From the NCBI RefSeq assembly GCF_009914755.1, contig NC_060935.1: a stretch of DNA of 64,000 bases. The stretch is one strand, 5' to 3'. Both the position numbers and the translations under genes were made by a program. Shown piece by piece: positions 13,391 through 29,040 of this stretch; the stretch's first letter is position 1; each line of letters opens with the position of its first letter. The notes under the pieces are model-generated. The model ran no database searches. It was given only the letters and a program-made list of their open reading frames with translations, and was not told where the DNA came from. This DNA is from the human T2T-CHM13v2.0 reference genome, Homo sapiens.

Positions 13391-13391
13391 C

Positions 13392-13606
13392 ACCTGGCAT
13401 TGTCCAACAGAACTTCCCATGATGAAGGAAAGGTTCTGTGTCTGCACCGTCCTGTACAGTAGCCACTAGCCACAAGTGGCTATTGATTATTTGAAATGTG
13501 GCTAATGCAACTGTGGTAATGAATTTTTTATTTTGTTTAATTCTGGCCAATTGAAATTGAAATAGCCACATGTAGCTAGTGGCTACCATATTATTGGACA
13601 GTGCAG
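13392..13606 (+). mobile_element. MER3 hAT-Charlie MITE
   Basis: gcattgtccaacagaac...gtagccactagccacaagtggcta...agccacatgtagctagtggctacc...ttggacagtgcag. Confidence 0.85.
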
Positions 13607-13799
13607 ATTAGCACTTTATGGAGCCCGTATTAGGTATTGACCTTGAAGGAGCATGATAGTTGTATTATATTTTTTACATGATGGCAAAAGATGTTAGTCC
13701 CTTTTATTTTTAGTGACTTTGAACCCTCAAATCCATTAATATTCTCCTCTCCTTCACTGGCCCAGAAGAGCAAGTTTATGAATTCATTCATTGTCCTAT

Positions 13800-14060
13800 T
13801 ACAGCTAAGCATAGAGGCTCCGGGTTCAAACACAGCCAGATTTGGATCTAGATTCACCACTTACCAGCATCACTAGCCACATATCCACACCAAGTTATTG
13901 AACCTCTTTAGGAACCAATTTCCTTATCTGCAAAATGGGATGGTTGATAATACCCAGGTAAAGGCTATTTGCAATCATTAAATAAGAGAATGCATGTAGA
14001 ATATTTAGCGCATTGCTTGGCACACAGTAAGCATCCAAAAACATTAAGCAATTGTCATTT
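13800..14060 (+). mobile_element. MIR SINE
   Basis: tttccttatctgcaaaatgggatg...gcacacagtaagcat. Confidence 0.7.
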
Positions 14061-14839
14061 ATTCTTTTATTCATATAAACCACATTTATTGAGCACCTAC
14101 CCTGTTTCAGATGCTATGCTAAGGGACAGAGATAAAAATTTTTCAAGCCAACGAGAACAAAAAAAAGGGAATATAAGAAAAATGATAGATTGGAAAGTCA
14201 CGTATATTATCACAAGATGAACATCAGCGCCTCATTTTTAAGCTTAAAATCATATTAAAGTATTTTATTTGCCCAGGAGTAAATTTGACCCCATTTTTTA
14301 AACATGGAGGCCCAGAATTTGCATTCACACTATCTAAGCCCTTACAATATGCTTGTTAATTAGTGTTCAGGCTAGAAAAGCATTATTTTTCATCATCAAG
14401 TAATGAATTTGTGTGTGGTATTAAGCTTTTATATTGTAAAATTCAGCTCAAAAAGAAAGATTTTTTCTGCTCCACAGAGGACTGAATTTTTCAACTGTGA
14501 TATATCATTTATGCATCTCATCCATTATTGATGTGTGACAGCTTTTACATGAGGCACCGACCTTTTAAAATAAAAATAAAACTACATCGTCCTGATCTGT
14601 TTCTTGTCGATATTGTTTTTAGAGTACAAGAGATTCTTGTGTTCTATGGAATTCACTTTGAAGCTTCCTTTCTTTGAAAAGAAATGGCAGGAAGGCCCCC
14701 AAACAAACTGGGCTTTCCTATTTGGTGCAAGAGCTCTGTGCATGTGTCTAATCTTGAATTCTGAAGTGCAAATGTCATGTAATGAAAGTATCAGCAGTTA
14801 CTTAAATGTGGTTAAATATGGAAACTCGGCATAAAGTCG

Positions 14840-15005
14840 ATGTTTATTTGCAGCCAGTGACAGTGATAAGGGCAGGAGCCCTCCGATAAGTGGCTTTTAG
14901 CCACCGTTAATCGGCTGATGGATGGATTGGTGCAAGGCTGGTCACGAAGGAAGCCGTCTCACCCTCTGTAATGGAACGTGCTCATCTGTCTAGCAGAGGG
15001 TGAGA
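14840..15005. promoter_or_regulatory. Candidate developmental enhancer (PBX-HOX, MEIS, GATA, FOX motifs)
   Basis: TGTTTATTT 14841, TGACAG 14858, two GATAAG, TGATGGATGG 14916-14925 in repeat-free, locally CpG-retaining DNA; motif evidence only. Confidence 0.4.
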
Positions 15006-15329
15006 AGGAGACCATGTGTGCTGTTGATTCCATTATGCTGCTCAGGGTAACCTCTGCCGCTGGTGAGAGGAGGCAAAAATCAAGAGACCTTGACCTGAAT
15101 CATAGTGGAAACTTAGAGACTTGCAGAATGTCACAACTGGAAGGGATCTTAGCGATCATCTAATCCAACCCCTGTATTTTTAGATGAGGAAAATTCCATG
15201 CGTAAAAAGACACCAGTATTTATTAATCAATGTACATATATTTACTCCCTGCATAAAATCACAGCTGGCTGCCCACTGCCCTTAAGGTGACTCCTTATTA
15301 AGACATCAAGGCCCTTCATTGTCTGGATT

Positions 15330-15700
15330 CTGCTTCCTTCCCACCCCAGCCCTCATATTTCTTTCTTGCTCTCTCTGTCTGTCTCTCTCTCCTCATGCTG
15401 TACCTCGACTGGGGAGCTCCAGTGTGAGTAACTCCTGTTCTAGCTTTAGGTGTCTGCTTGGATGACAGCAACACAAAGGTTTTCCCTGACTCTCCAGAAC
15501 TGAGCTGGGGGTGCTTTCTGTTACCCTTGGTTCTTATTCCCCTCCTCATGATTACCTTACTGTCATATTTGTCTTTAACTCATTTGTCTCCTACTTGATC
15601 AGGAGCTCTTTAAGGATGTCTCATCCATCATTGTATACCAAGGGTCTTGCAAGGTGCCTGGCACATAGTAGGTGCTCATTAAATATCTGACACTAAATGA
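15330..15700 (+). mobile_element. L2 3' fragment
   Basis: gtgcctggcacatagtaggtgctcattaaatat 3' terminus. Confidence 0.65.
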
Positions 15701-15942
15701 AATGGTTAATTATATGCCAAGCATTACAGCAGATACCAGTAATACAAAACTGACTAAGACACATTCCTGCCCTGGAAGAAATCAGGTTAGTCCATTCCAT
15801 TTATTCATAGTTTTTCCTAAATAGGGCATTTTTTTATCCCGTTTATGAAATTTGAAGAAGTTGCATACCTAGAAGCTTTGAGAAAAGTGCAGGGACACTT
15901 GAAATTCCCAAATTTTCAAACAATGGTTAAAAATACCCCACC

Positions 15943-16077
15943 AGGTTGGGCGTGGTGGTTCATGCCTGTAACCCCAGCACTTTGAGAGGCTGAGGCAGAG
16001 GATCACTTGAGGCCGGGAGTTCAAGACCAGCCTGGGCAACATAGACCCCATCTCTATTTTAAATAAAATAAAAATTA
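15943..16077 (+). mobile_element. Free left Alu monomer (FLAM_C-like)
   Basis: Single left arm with A-rich tail; degenerate TSD aataccccacca / aatatcacacca. Confidence 0.85.
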
Positions 16078-17114
16078 AGAAAAGAATATCACACCATTAG
16101 CATCAGACAAAAGGAACCACAAAATAATTTAATCTCAATTAAGCTGTCCCCTCACAAGTAGTAAGAAACAAGCTCATATTTGTGGTGTAAAAGAACCACT
16201 GCCAGGGTGATCTCAGTGTCCACAGCTATTCTTTCCTGTACATGCCCAGGTGACAGGCAGGGATGAGAAATAGGAGCCCTGTGGAATGTTAGGACTTGGG
16301 CAGGCTTTGGAATGACCAAGCTCTGTCCCCTCCTCTTACAGAGGAGAAAATGGCAGGCCAAAGAGAATCATTGGCTCAAAGTCAAGTACCAAGTGAGTGG
16401 CCACCCTAGGCCTCTGGGCTGTGTCCCTTCTCCAATGAGGTATTGTGACCCCACACGTCACCACCCCAAATTAGTCATCTTCAGACACATTTCCAATTGT
16501 GGTAGTGGACATTGGCTTTTTTGGTTGGCCCAGCTTCCCGTACAATTGGTAACAGTACCCTAATTTTTATTAGGAAAACTACGACTCCCACACATGGGGG
16601 AGCTCGTTCCACCCCAGCTTCAGGCATGCATCCTGAGTGACTAAAGTCAATGCACCTTCCGCCCAGCACTCTGGTTTACAATCTAAGTTGACTTAACAAG
16701 GAAGGTCCTTTTCAACCGAGCTCTTGTCTAGCTCTTATCATAGCTAGAGTTCAGGGTTAAAAGCCCCCCATGATCTTGGCTCATCCAGGGATATCTGATA
16801 TTGGGGAGGGGGCAGGATTTAGGAACTGCTCCTCGACATGGGAATGATTTACAAGTGCCAACAAGGCTCCTTAGTGACTGCTGGAAGATAACTTCCATCA
16901 AAGACAGCAATAGTAAAATCAGATAAAGACAGTCTTTGTTTTAGACATCAGCACCCCAACCCTCACTCCCTTGAACTCATAGTTCAGGGAAGTCCATTTA
17001 CTGCCATGTTCCAGCCGGCTTGTTGGATTTCTGTTTGTCAGTAATCTTCAGTTCCCAGCCACCAAAAAATTAATTATTTAATCAAACAATTAATTAGTCC
17101 ATGCAGTTAGCTAG

Positions 17115-17507
<393 letters not shown>

Positions 17508-19285
17508 TAGGCAATTAATTTCAGTTCAGAAAACTTTTATTGAGCACCTACTATATGCCAGGCCTGCATGAAGCGATACATAAATGGGTAAGATACACTC
17601 TTGGTTTTGAGGGGCTTGCATGGCATAACTGGGGAGTCAGGAAGGTAAAAAGTGCTGCTGGCCTCTCATTCTGACCTTCCTGAAGCCAATATTCTGGGGT
17701 CAAATTCAACCAAGGAACTTACCTGTCCAGGGCGGCTCTGGCCTCAGCTCAGACTGCATATGTTTAATTTTCAAGTGTACAAGGAATTTTAAAATTTTGT
17801 TTTGAGAAAGAAAAGTATCCCAGAATGTTAAGTACAGAGGATCATTACTGCAATTTCTTCATAATGAGAGATAACTCCAAGCTCACAGTGTGTATTTTTT
17901 AAAAATAAGGCTAAATAATAGGTTGGGGCTGCTTTCAGCTAGCTGCAGCAATGTTTATGAACGAGCAAACCTCTGGTGCATCTGGGAAGCAGGAGATGCA
18001 GGGCCTGGTAGGAGTCATGACACCGCAAATAAGAATGATCCTACACCAAAACAAAAATACTGTGACCTACATGCGCTCTCTTGGAGACTGCTGCTTGGTT
18101 GTTATTAATGTAATTAGGGAAAGAACATGTAAGAGTGTGTTTAGAAGTTCCTGGTGACTTTGTTAGAGTACCACTTTTTAGAAAGCTACCACCTATCAAA
18201 AGCCTGCTGTGTGTTAGGTATTTTATATGGCAATGACTTCATTTAATGCTCATTAACTGCCCTGTGAAGTAGGTGTGGTTGTCTACTTCACAGCTTGGAA
18301 AAGTTAAGAAACTTGCTCAAAGGCATGCAGCAAGGAAGTCCACAGTGGCTATAACAGGACTCGCCTACTGATGACTGTGCCACCCATAGAAAATGAGGTC
18401 AACTCCCAACCCTAAGAGCAGGTGTCATAGGTATTTTATATGTTCATAGACTTTTATTAGGAAACATACACATAAAAATGTATAATATGTATATGTATAT
18501 GCAGTTTAAAGAATAATGAGAGAACAAATTCTTATGTATTCAAATTCTTATGTATTCACCACCAAGCTTATGAAACAGAATATTGTTATCATTTTGTTTG
18601 AGGTTTCTTGTTCTTTTTTCTTTATCATCTATATATGTATATGCTTTAGTATTTCCTGTTTTTATAGGATGGAATAATGCATTATCTATTCTCCCGTGAC
18701 TTGATTCTTTAACATTATATTTTAGTGATTTATCCAAGTTGATTCATGTAGATGTAGTTTATTCAATTTTACTGCTACCTGGCTTACCAATTTGTGAATA
18801 TGCCACAATTTATTTATTCATTCTGTTGCTGATGGGAATTTGGATTGTTTCTGGCTTTACTAACAGCACTGCTGTGAATTTTCTTGTATGTACCTGTTGG
18901 TGCACACGTGTGTGTTTTAGGGTAAATACCAGTGGAATTGATAGAGTGTAAGCATGGGTTCCTCTTGATGATAATGCCAGAGTGTTTACCAAAGGACTGT
19001 ACCAATTTTAATTCCCATAAGCAGTGGATGAGAGCTTACATTGTTCTCCAATCTCTCCATCCTGATATTGACCAGTTTGTAAATTTTCACCATTCTGGTG
19101 GTATTTTCTTGGAATGCTAATTTGCATTTACTGATCATTCATAGGTTTAGGCACCTTTTCATAAATTTAAGAACCATTTGTGCTGCTTCTGCTATGAAAT
19201 ATGTGTTCAACTCCTTTGCCCCTTTTTCTTTTGGGTTTCCTTTTTCATATTGATTTGGAGTTCTTTATATTTTCTGAATGCTAGT

Positions 19286-19916
<631 letters not shown>

Positions 19917-19933
19917 TGAGCAAGAAGTTCTTA

Positions 19934-20261
<328 letters not shown>

Positions 20262-21129
20262 TCAGACTGAAGGAAAAGTTATAAAAGTAGTACAAAGATT
20301 TTTTCATCCAGATTTTCTAAATGTTAACATTTTATTGCATTTGCTTTAACACTTTATCTCTTTTATATTTTTCTTGCTGTTGTAAATGGTGTCTTTAAAA
20401 ATTGCATATTCTAACTTGGTGGTGTTTAGAGATGCAATTGACTTTTTATATTGTTTTTCTATAGAATTTTGATAAACTCTCCAATTCTAACATTTTTATA
20501 CATCATTTGGCATGTTTTCCAGGTAAGTAATTAAGTCATCTGCAAATAATGACAGTTTTTGTTTTGTTTCCAGTCTTTTTGAGGTTATACTTCTCTGATT
20601 GATGCCTTCAGTACCAAGTTGAATAGGTACGTTAATAGTGAGCATTCTTGTCCCCTTCCTTGTCTTGAAGGCAACATTTTCAACATTTCACCATAAAGAA
20701 TGATGTTTGTGGTAGTTTTTTGTTTTTCCTTTCTTTCATTTTTGAGGTTGCCCATGATTGGGTGTGGAAGTTCCCTCTCATTCCTAGTTTAAGAAGACTT
20801 TTGTTTTAAAAAAAACATGAGTTAATGTTACATTTTATTGAATACTTTTCTCTGTGTTTACTGAAATGATCATGTTTTTTTTCTCCTTTAATCTGTAAAT
20901 GGAGTGGATTTCATTAATCAATTTTCTAGTATTACATTCTTGGGATAAACCCAACTTGGTTTTATGCATTATCTTTGTTTATACATGGCTGGATTCAGCT
21001 TGCCAATATTTTGTCTAGGACTTTGGTATCTATGTTCATGAATGAGATTAGCCCGTCACTTTCGTTTTGATTCTTTGTCTAGTCTGGATAACAAGGTTAA
21101 TGTTTTGGTCATCTTCTGCTACATAAAAA

Positions 21130-21776
21130 TTTGTTCTAGGTATTTGTTGTACGTAAAAAACTACCCCAAACTGAGTGGTGTAAAACAACAACAATTATTT
21201 ATTGTTATTATCTATCATGGCTCTGGGGGTTGACAGGGCTCAACTAAGTGGCTCTTGATTGGGATCTTTTGTGTGTTTGCAGCCAGAGGGTGGCTGGGAA
21301 TCACTTGAAAGGCTTTCTTGCTCATTTGCCTGCTGCCTGATTTGGGAAGACTCAAACAGGTGGAGCTGGAAAGCTGAGACTCACAGGTATCTCTTTCTAT
21401 CTCTATTTGTTTTGGTTTCTTCAGCATGGCAGTTTCCAAGTCATTGAGCTCCCAGAGACTTCCAGAGCAAATATCCCAACAGAAACTGGTAGAAGCTGCA
21501 TAGCCTTTTCAAATCTTGGAAGTTATATGGCACCTCTTCTGCTGCATCTTGTTTGCTGAGGAAGTCACATCAGGTTTCAGGGGAGGGCACAGAGACTTCA
21601 CCCTTTTTTTCTCACTATATTGCCCAGGCTGACCTTGAACTGCCCAGGCTGACCTTGAACTCTTGGGCTCAAGTGAACTTCTCAGACTACAGGCACATAC
21701 CACCATCCCCAGCTGACTTCACCTTTTCAAGGAAGAAGTTTCAAAGAGCGTGTGACACGATTTAAAATCATTATAC
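21130..21776 (-). mobile_element. MLT1 (G/H-like) MaLR LTR
   Basis: aaaactaccccaaactgagtggtgtaaaacaacaac...ttcagcatggcag...agaagctgcatagccttt. Confidence 0.65.
21604..21714 (-). mobile_element. FLAM_A-like monomer with a 20-bp internal duplication
   Basis: Reverse strand reads ggtggtatgtgcctgtagtc...gagttcaaggtcagcctgggca twice, then A-tail; TSD gacttcacc(c)ttt. Confidence 0.8.
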
Positions 21777-22754
21777 TTAAACTAGCCCCATAAAATAATT
21801 TCAGCAGTGTTTCCTCTATTTTTTCATCCTCCAGACTATTTGTGTGAGATTAGCATTAATCTGTTCTGGAAATTTTGGTAGTGCTGATCTGTAACACCAA
21901 GTGGACCTTGCATTTTCTTTGTGGAGCCACTTTTGACTACACATTAAATTTTGAAAATGGATATAGGGCTCTTTATCTTTTCTGTTTCTTGTTGAATCTT
22001 ATTTTTAGGCCATGTAGATTTATTACTCATAGATAGGCAGCAAGGATAAACGGAAGCCTAGGATCCATGGTGAGCCGGTCCAGCAGGGCTCAGGAAAGCT
22101 GCCCAGGGTAGATGGAGTCTCATCTCCCTGTGCCCCATGTTGCACCACAACTGAGGGGCCTCAAAATCACTCTGCTCTGGCCTGGGTTTATGTGCTCTGG
22201 GCGTCACTTGGCTCACTGAGCACCAGTGTTGCAGAATATCCAGTTCTAGAAGGAATAAGGACATAGCCCTGGTTGTTTTGGACATTTCCTCCTTATCTCA
22301 GGATGTTGCATTCTTAGTCCATCCTGCCTGAGAAATGCAAGCAAGAGAGGGAAGAGCTGGGTCAGCCAAGGTCATCTGGAGACGTGTGCTACAATTGTGG
22401 TGCCTGCAAACTCTATTGCAATTAGTCATGTACAACATACTTTCCCAGACTATGAGCTCTTTGAGGCCAGGAACTATTTATAATTTATCTCCATATTCAT
22501 GTGCCTGGCACCATGCCTGGCTCATCATAACCCTCTTGCCGAATGCAGACAGTAGAGTAAAAGCATAAAGAAGTGTGTAGTCAGGAAGTCTGCCAATTTA
22601 GGCAGTCAGGTGGAAGGTTTAACAGGGGAAGCAACATTTGAGCTGTGCTTGAAAGATGATTTGGTGTTAGCCAGGCAGGAGAGCGGAAGGAAAGACACTG
22701 GAAACAGCACCAGTAAAGCACAGAGATATAACACAGTACAGGATAACTGCAGGC

Positions 22755-23118
22755 TGTATTAGTCCATTTTCATACTGCTATGAAGAAATACCTGAGACTG
22801 GGTCATTTATAAAGGAAAAGAGGTTTAATGGACTCACAGTTCCACATGGCTGGGGAGGCCTCACAATCATAGTGGAAGGCGAAGGAGGAGCAAACGCACA
22901 TCTTACATGGTAGCAGGCAAGAGAGCATGTACAGGGGAAATGCCCTTTATAAAACCATCAGATCTTATGAGACTTTTTCACTATCACGAGAACAGTACGG
23001 GAAAAACCTGGCCCCATGATTCAACTACCTCCAGCTGGGTCCCTCCCATGACACCTAAGGATTATCAGAATCACAATTCAAGATGAGATTTGGGTGGGAA
23101 AACAGCCAAACCATATCA
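22755..23118 (-). mobile_element. THE1 (THE1B/C-like) solo LTR
   Basis: tgtattagtccattttcatactgct...cagccaaaccatatca. Confidence 0.9.
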
Positions 23119-23277
23119 GAGGGCTATAGGTCAGTGTCTTCAGAGCCTATCAGAGTGCTTGGCTCACAGTGGGTGCTCAGTAAATGCTTGTAGATGAATG
23201 AATGAATGAATATATTGATATCCTTAACTTTCTTACTATAGGAACATTTCTGTCTATAAGACCAAATCTATTGTTTG

Positions 23278-24153
<876 letters not shown>

Positions 24154-25309
24154 TTTGACAATTAGGGAATTCTGTCTCTTAGATCATTTGGTGATAGAGC
24201 TGTGATCACTGGGAACTTTCATGACCTGTTTTGTCTTGATACCACCCATTTTCATGCCAATTTTTGCCATATTTTATTATTTCATTTATTCATTCATTTA
24301 ATAAATACTTACTGAGCATCCACTGTAAACCAGGCCCTGTGTCAGACTCTGGCCCTCGCAACTTGGTCAAGAGAGACAGCCTAGGAAGCAAGTGGAATTC
24401 CTGCCTGCATGGTTAGTGCTCTAATGAAGCCCTAAATACTGTTATCTTCAGAGGCTCCTTGCCCTCCCCTGGATTCCTCAGGTAGGAAGGTACCTTGATG
24501 TCAAGTTTAGTGCCATCTATGGAGGCAGTTTCATTTCTCATAATGGAGGATTTGCTTTTAATCAAAGAGAAGGCCTTTTGTCAGTCTGAGAGCTTTGTCT
24601 TTTTTGTGACTTGCAGATAGACATTTTAATAATAGGACTAGATACGTGGCTCTTGGAGACCAGGCTGTGACTTTAAATAGTGTGAAGACCCCAATGGCTG
24701 GATTCACAGGGGCAATCTGAATACTGATCATGAATTTTTAAATGGCCTTAGAAAGTGCAGCATGATTTTAGGAGAGATTTCCAATTAACTTGGGCTGTTC
24801 AAAGCAGCTCTATGCCTGGGAAAGAGAATGCATGAGAATTTTCCAAAGAGCTTTTTCTCTTGAAACAGAAAATATAAATGGTAGTGGGGGGAAAAAAATC
24901 AAAGTTACTGAATATGGAAATCACCACTTTGGGGTTTATGAGAACCACATCCTGCTAACTCCCTGCTATGCGATGGGGCTTTCAGAGGTAATGAGGCAAG
25001 TACCAGAGTGTCAAATGTCTGCCTTGCTTTACACTTATGTGTGCTCTTGTCCTGGTCCTCCTGCTGGTAGGCTACATGCTCAGCCCAGGCAGAGATGGTG
25101 TCTGACTCCTCCTTCTAGTCTCCTAGGGAAAATCTTGCACTCAGCAGGCACTTAATGCACTCTGGTGGGATTGAACTGAAAAGACAAGACTCCCCAGGAA
25201 GGCATAGGGAGTCCTCCTGTTGCCTATTACTCTGCTGTGAATTGGAGGCACAGCAGCCTCTCTGAGGCTACAGGCAAAGGCTTTTGCCTTCTGGATGGAG
25301 GAAGGAAAC

Positions 25310-25460
25310 TAGCTCTTACTGAGCCCTTACCATATGCCTGGTAGGCACCTTGCAGCATTTTTTCATCAAACCTCTTGATAACCCTTTGTAATTGGTATTG
25401 TTACCCCCATTTTACAGATGAGGAAATAGAGGCACTGAAGAATAAGCTCTCCTGAACGAT
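25310..25460 (-). mobile_element. MIR SINE
   Basis: cccattttacagatgaggaaatagaggcact. Confidence 0.75.
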
Positions 25461-26111
25461 TTTCACTGGAAAGATTTTTCAACATTCCATCTGTCCACTC
25501 CACCAGCCTGAGACAACCATCTTTACTGAGGTTTTGAATAGTTAAGCAGGAGGTAATGCACTCTTAACAGTGTTTAAAAGGATTAAGCAATTCAAAGCAT
25601 ACCTCCAAGGAACCCCTGCCAGAGATGCTGAATCTTGAGTTTGCTTTCTTCCTCTGAAGGGCATCTGAACTTTCACCTGACTCCTTATGCTTAGCTCAAA
25701 CGGGGGCAGGTTCAAGCAGGAAATCGGATGGCCTGAGAGGTGCTGCCACTGTAATTAAGAACAGAGCAGACCATTGCCAAGACTCAAGAAAGTTGTATGC
25801 CTCTTAATCTGGTTTGTTTCATTAGGCCTTTTACTAATGCCCAAGTTATGGCCCTTCTGAAGGTGGCTAGAAGCAGGTGTTGGGGTGGAAGTGGGCCTAA
25901 AACCCAGAGCCCAGTGGCTGCTCCGCAAAAGAGAGATGGGCAATAACATTAAAATTATATTTATACCTCAACTTAGTCCACAAAACTGAGGTTCAAGCAC
26001 TGAACCACCTGCCTGATCATTGTCACCACAGGGCATGATCATTTACAGTCTGGATTTGACAATACATCAGAGAGCATGGACTTATGTTTGGACATTTAAA
26101 AACCGCCTCCA

Positions 26112-26213
26112 CAGGAGGCAGAGTTTGCAGTGAGCACGGGTGGCAGAGTTTGCAGTGAGCTGACATCACACCACTGCACTCCAGCCTGGGTGACAGAGGG
26201 AGACTCTGTCTCA

Positions 26214-26244
<31 letters not shown>

Positions 26245-26245
26245 C
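26112..26245 (+). mobile_element. 5'-truncated Alu right-arm fragment with (CAAAA)n tail
   Basis: ttgcagtgagctgacatcacaccactgcactccagcctgggtgacagag; 19-mer duplicated at the 5' end. Confidence 0.88.
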
Positions 26246-26479
26246 ACCTTCTGAATATCGCATTCAAAATAAATTTTTAAAAGTTATCAAAAACTTCCTA
26301 AATGATGCAGATTCTTAGGATGATACAGGTATTTGACTTTGAAGAGGACAAAGGCTGATTGCAATTCTTCTTCTGACACGAGACTCTCCGACAGTGTGTG
26401 TGGCTCCCTTTACTTTCCACATCTTCCTTCTTTCTTCTTTCCTAGCTTCATTCCTTCTGTATCTCCTGCATCTCAGACA

Positions 26480-27300
<821 letters not shown>

Positions 27301-27867
27301 AATAGATGTATCTTTAAAGCCAGCTATAGGTAATATTCAGGATAGAGAATTAATGGGTAACAGACTGGAAGTCAACAGAACAATTCACCCATCCATGACT
27401 TGCTGGTCAAAACTCTTTAGCAGCTGAAAGACTGTAGAAGAGCATGTCTCATGGTAGCATCCACCCAAGAAAAGGTGGAATGGAGAGGTTTCAATGGAAT
27501 GGAAGTCAGACAGACATGAGTGCACTTATTAGCTCTGTAGCTTTGGGTAATTCTTAATACCCTTTCTCAGTTTCTCCTTCTATTAAATGGATACAATAAC
27601 TCTTGCCTGACTATTTTGTGAATCAACAAGACCATATGTTTAAAGAGAAGCATAGTGTGAATGAAAGAGCCAGAAGGTCTGGATTTGAGTCCCATCTGCC
27701 ATTAACTTGCTGGGTTGCCTTAGGCAAGTCACTGCACTTCTCTGGGCCTGGTCCCATATCCTTCAAATGCGGAAGTTTAGACTAGATTATCTCTGAGGTC
27801 TTTTCCTGCTCAGACATTGTATGGTTCAACAAATTAGGCTATAATATTATGATGAGAGTCAGAATTT

Positions 27868-28096
27868 ACAGCAACATTTTGCTGAAGGTGGCCTGGCTGG
27901 CACTGGTTCCTGAGAGTGGATTGTGTGTATCAGTTCTTAAATTGGTAGTCAGTTCTTAAATTGGGTCAGGATGGCAGCTTGAAATAGGCCATAGTAGGAG
28001 TATTTACACCACAGAAATTGGCAAACACTATGAAGTGGGGCTCCCCCCTACCCTCCACAGAGAGCTGGTTGTTAAGCACTTACCCGCATGCCACTT
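27868..28096 (+). mobile_element. MER63-like hAT DNA transposon
   Basis: ggcagcttgaaataggccatagtaggagtatttacaccacagaaattggcaaacacta...gttgttaagcacttacc. Confidence 0.75.
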
Positions 28097-28639
28097 ACTA
28101 CAAGGAAAGAAAAAGTTTTTGTATGCTTTGGTGCTCACAGCAGCAAATAACTAGTAAAGCTTAAGATGAGAACGTGCAATATTTGTCTATAATGTACGGA
28201 GGACTGAGGGGGAAGAATTAGAAGTTACTCCACTCCTAGATCCCAGGTGCCCTGGTCCAGTGCTAAGTTATAGTAAATGGGCCCCTTGTGGCATGAAGGA
28301 GTTAGTATCTCTTCCTCAGTCACTAATTTACCTGGGCTTATTGTCCTGTTGTGCTTCTGGTGCACCATTTTGTAATTTAATTAAAACTGGAGGCTTGAGA
28401 TAATGGGCTGGTCGTGCCTGCAACCCCACCCTGGGTAAAAGTTGGGCCCCTGGGAGCAGGAAAAAAGGTCTTCCAAGGCACCAAGTGATCAGGAGCAGTC
28501 GTTACATTATTCCAGTTAATCCAAATGAAGTAGTTACCTAAGGCCCTGACTGATCTAGCCAAGTGGGACCTGTGGCTTGGAAAATGTTTAGAGATTCTGG
28601 ACCAAGGGATTACCCACTTACTCATTCTCACCATTTAGA

Positions 28640-28808
28640 GTGTCTTCTCCAAAGCGTATTTTGAGATACAGCACTTCCTTGGTATGCTGGTAGCAATCCT
28701 TCCCACCCCAAAATACCTCATGGTTAAATAAGTTTGGGAAACACTGAATTTAACAAAGATAAACAGGTTATTTATGGCACTACTCCTCAGACATTTTCAT
28801 AAATTAAA
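28640..28808. mobile_element. hAT-Charlie fragment (MER103/Charlie4-like)
   Basis: ggttaaataagtttgggaaacactgaatttaacaaagataaacagg. Confidence 0.5.
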
Positions 28809-28809
28809 G

Positions 28810-29040
28810 TAGTGCTTCTCCAACTGTCTGTGGTGATGGATCAGATTTTAAAATTTCTATTCAATGCATGATTTGGAAATCAATACATCCTATTGCCCAT
28901 TACTAATAACAGCTCTTGTCTTGTGCACTTATTGTGCAAGTGTGGACATTCAACCTGGTCTAAATCTTTCAATGAGATGAGTTCATGGCTATGCACTTGG
29001 ATGACCCAGCAATGTCCAATTGCTATAAAAGTCTCTAGTT
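28810..29040 (-). mobile_element. MER119-like hAT element, left part (split by L1PB)
   Basis: caatgagatgagttc...gcacttggatg...gcaatgtccaattgctataaaagt matches recalled MER119 reverse complement. Confidence 0.7.

Noticed and set aside
20511-20528. Perfect CAG|GTAAGT preceded by pyrimidines
   Set aside because: Inside a decayed L1M with a weak polypyrimidine tract; isolated consensus donors are common by chance.
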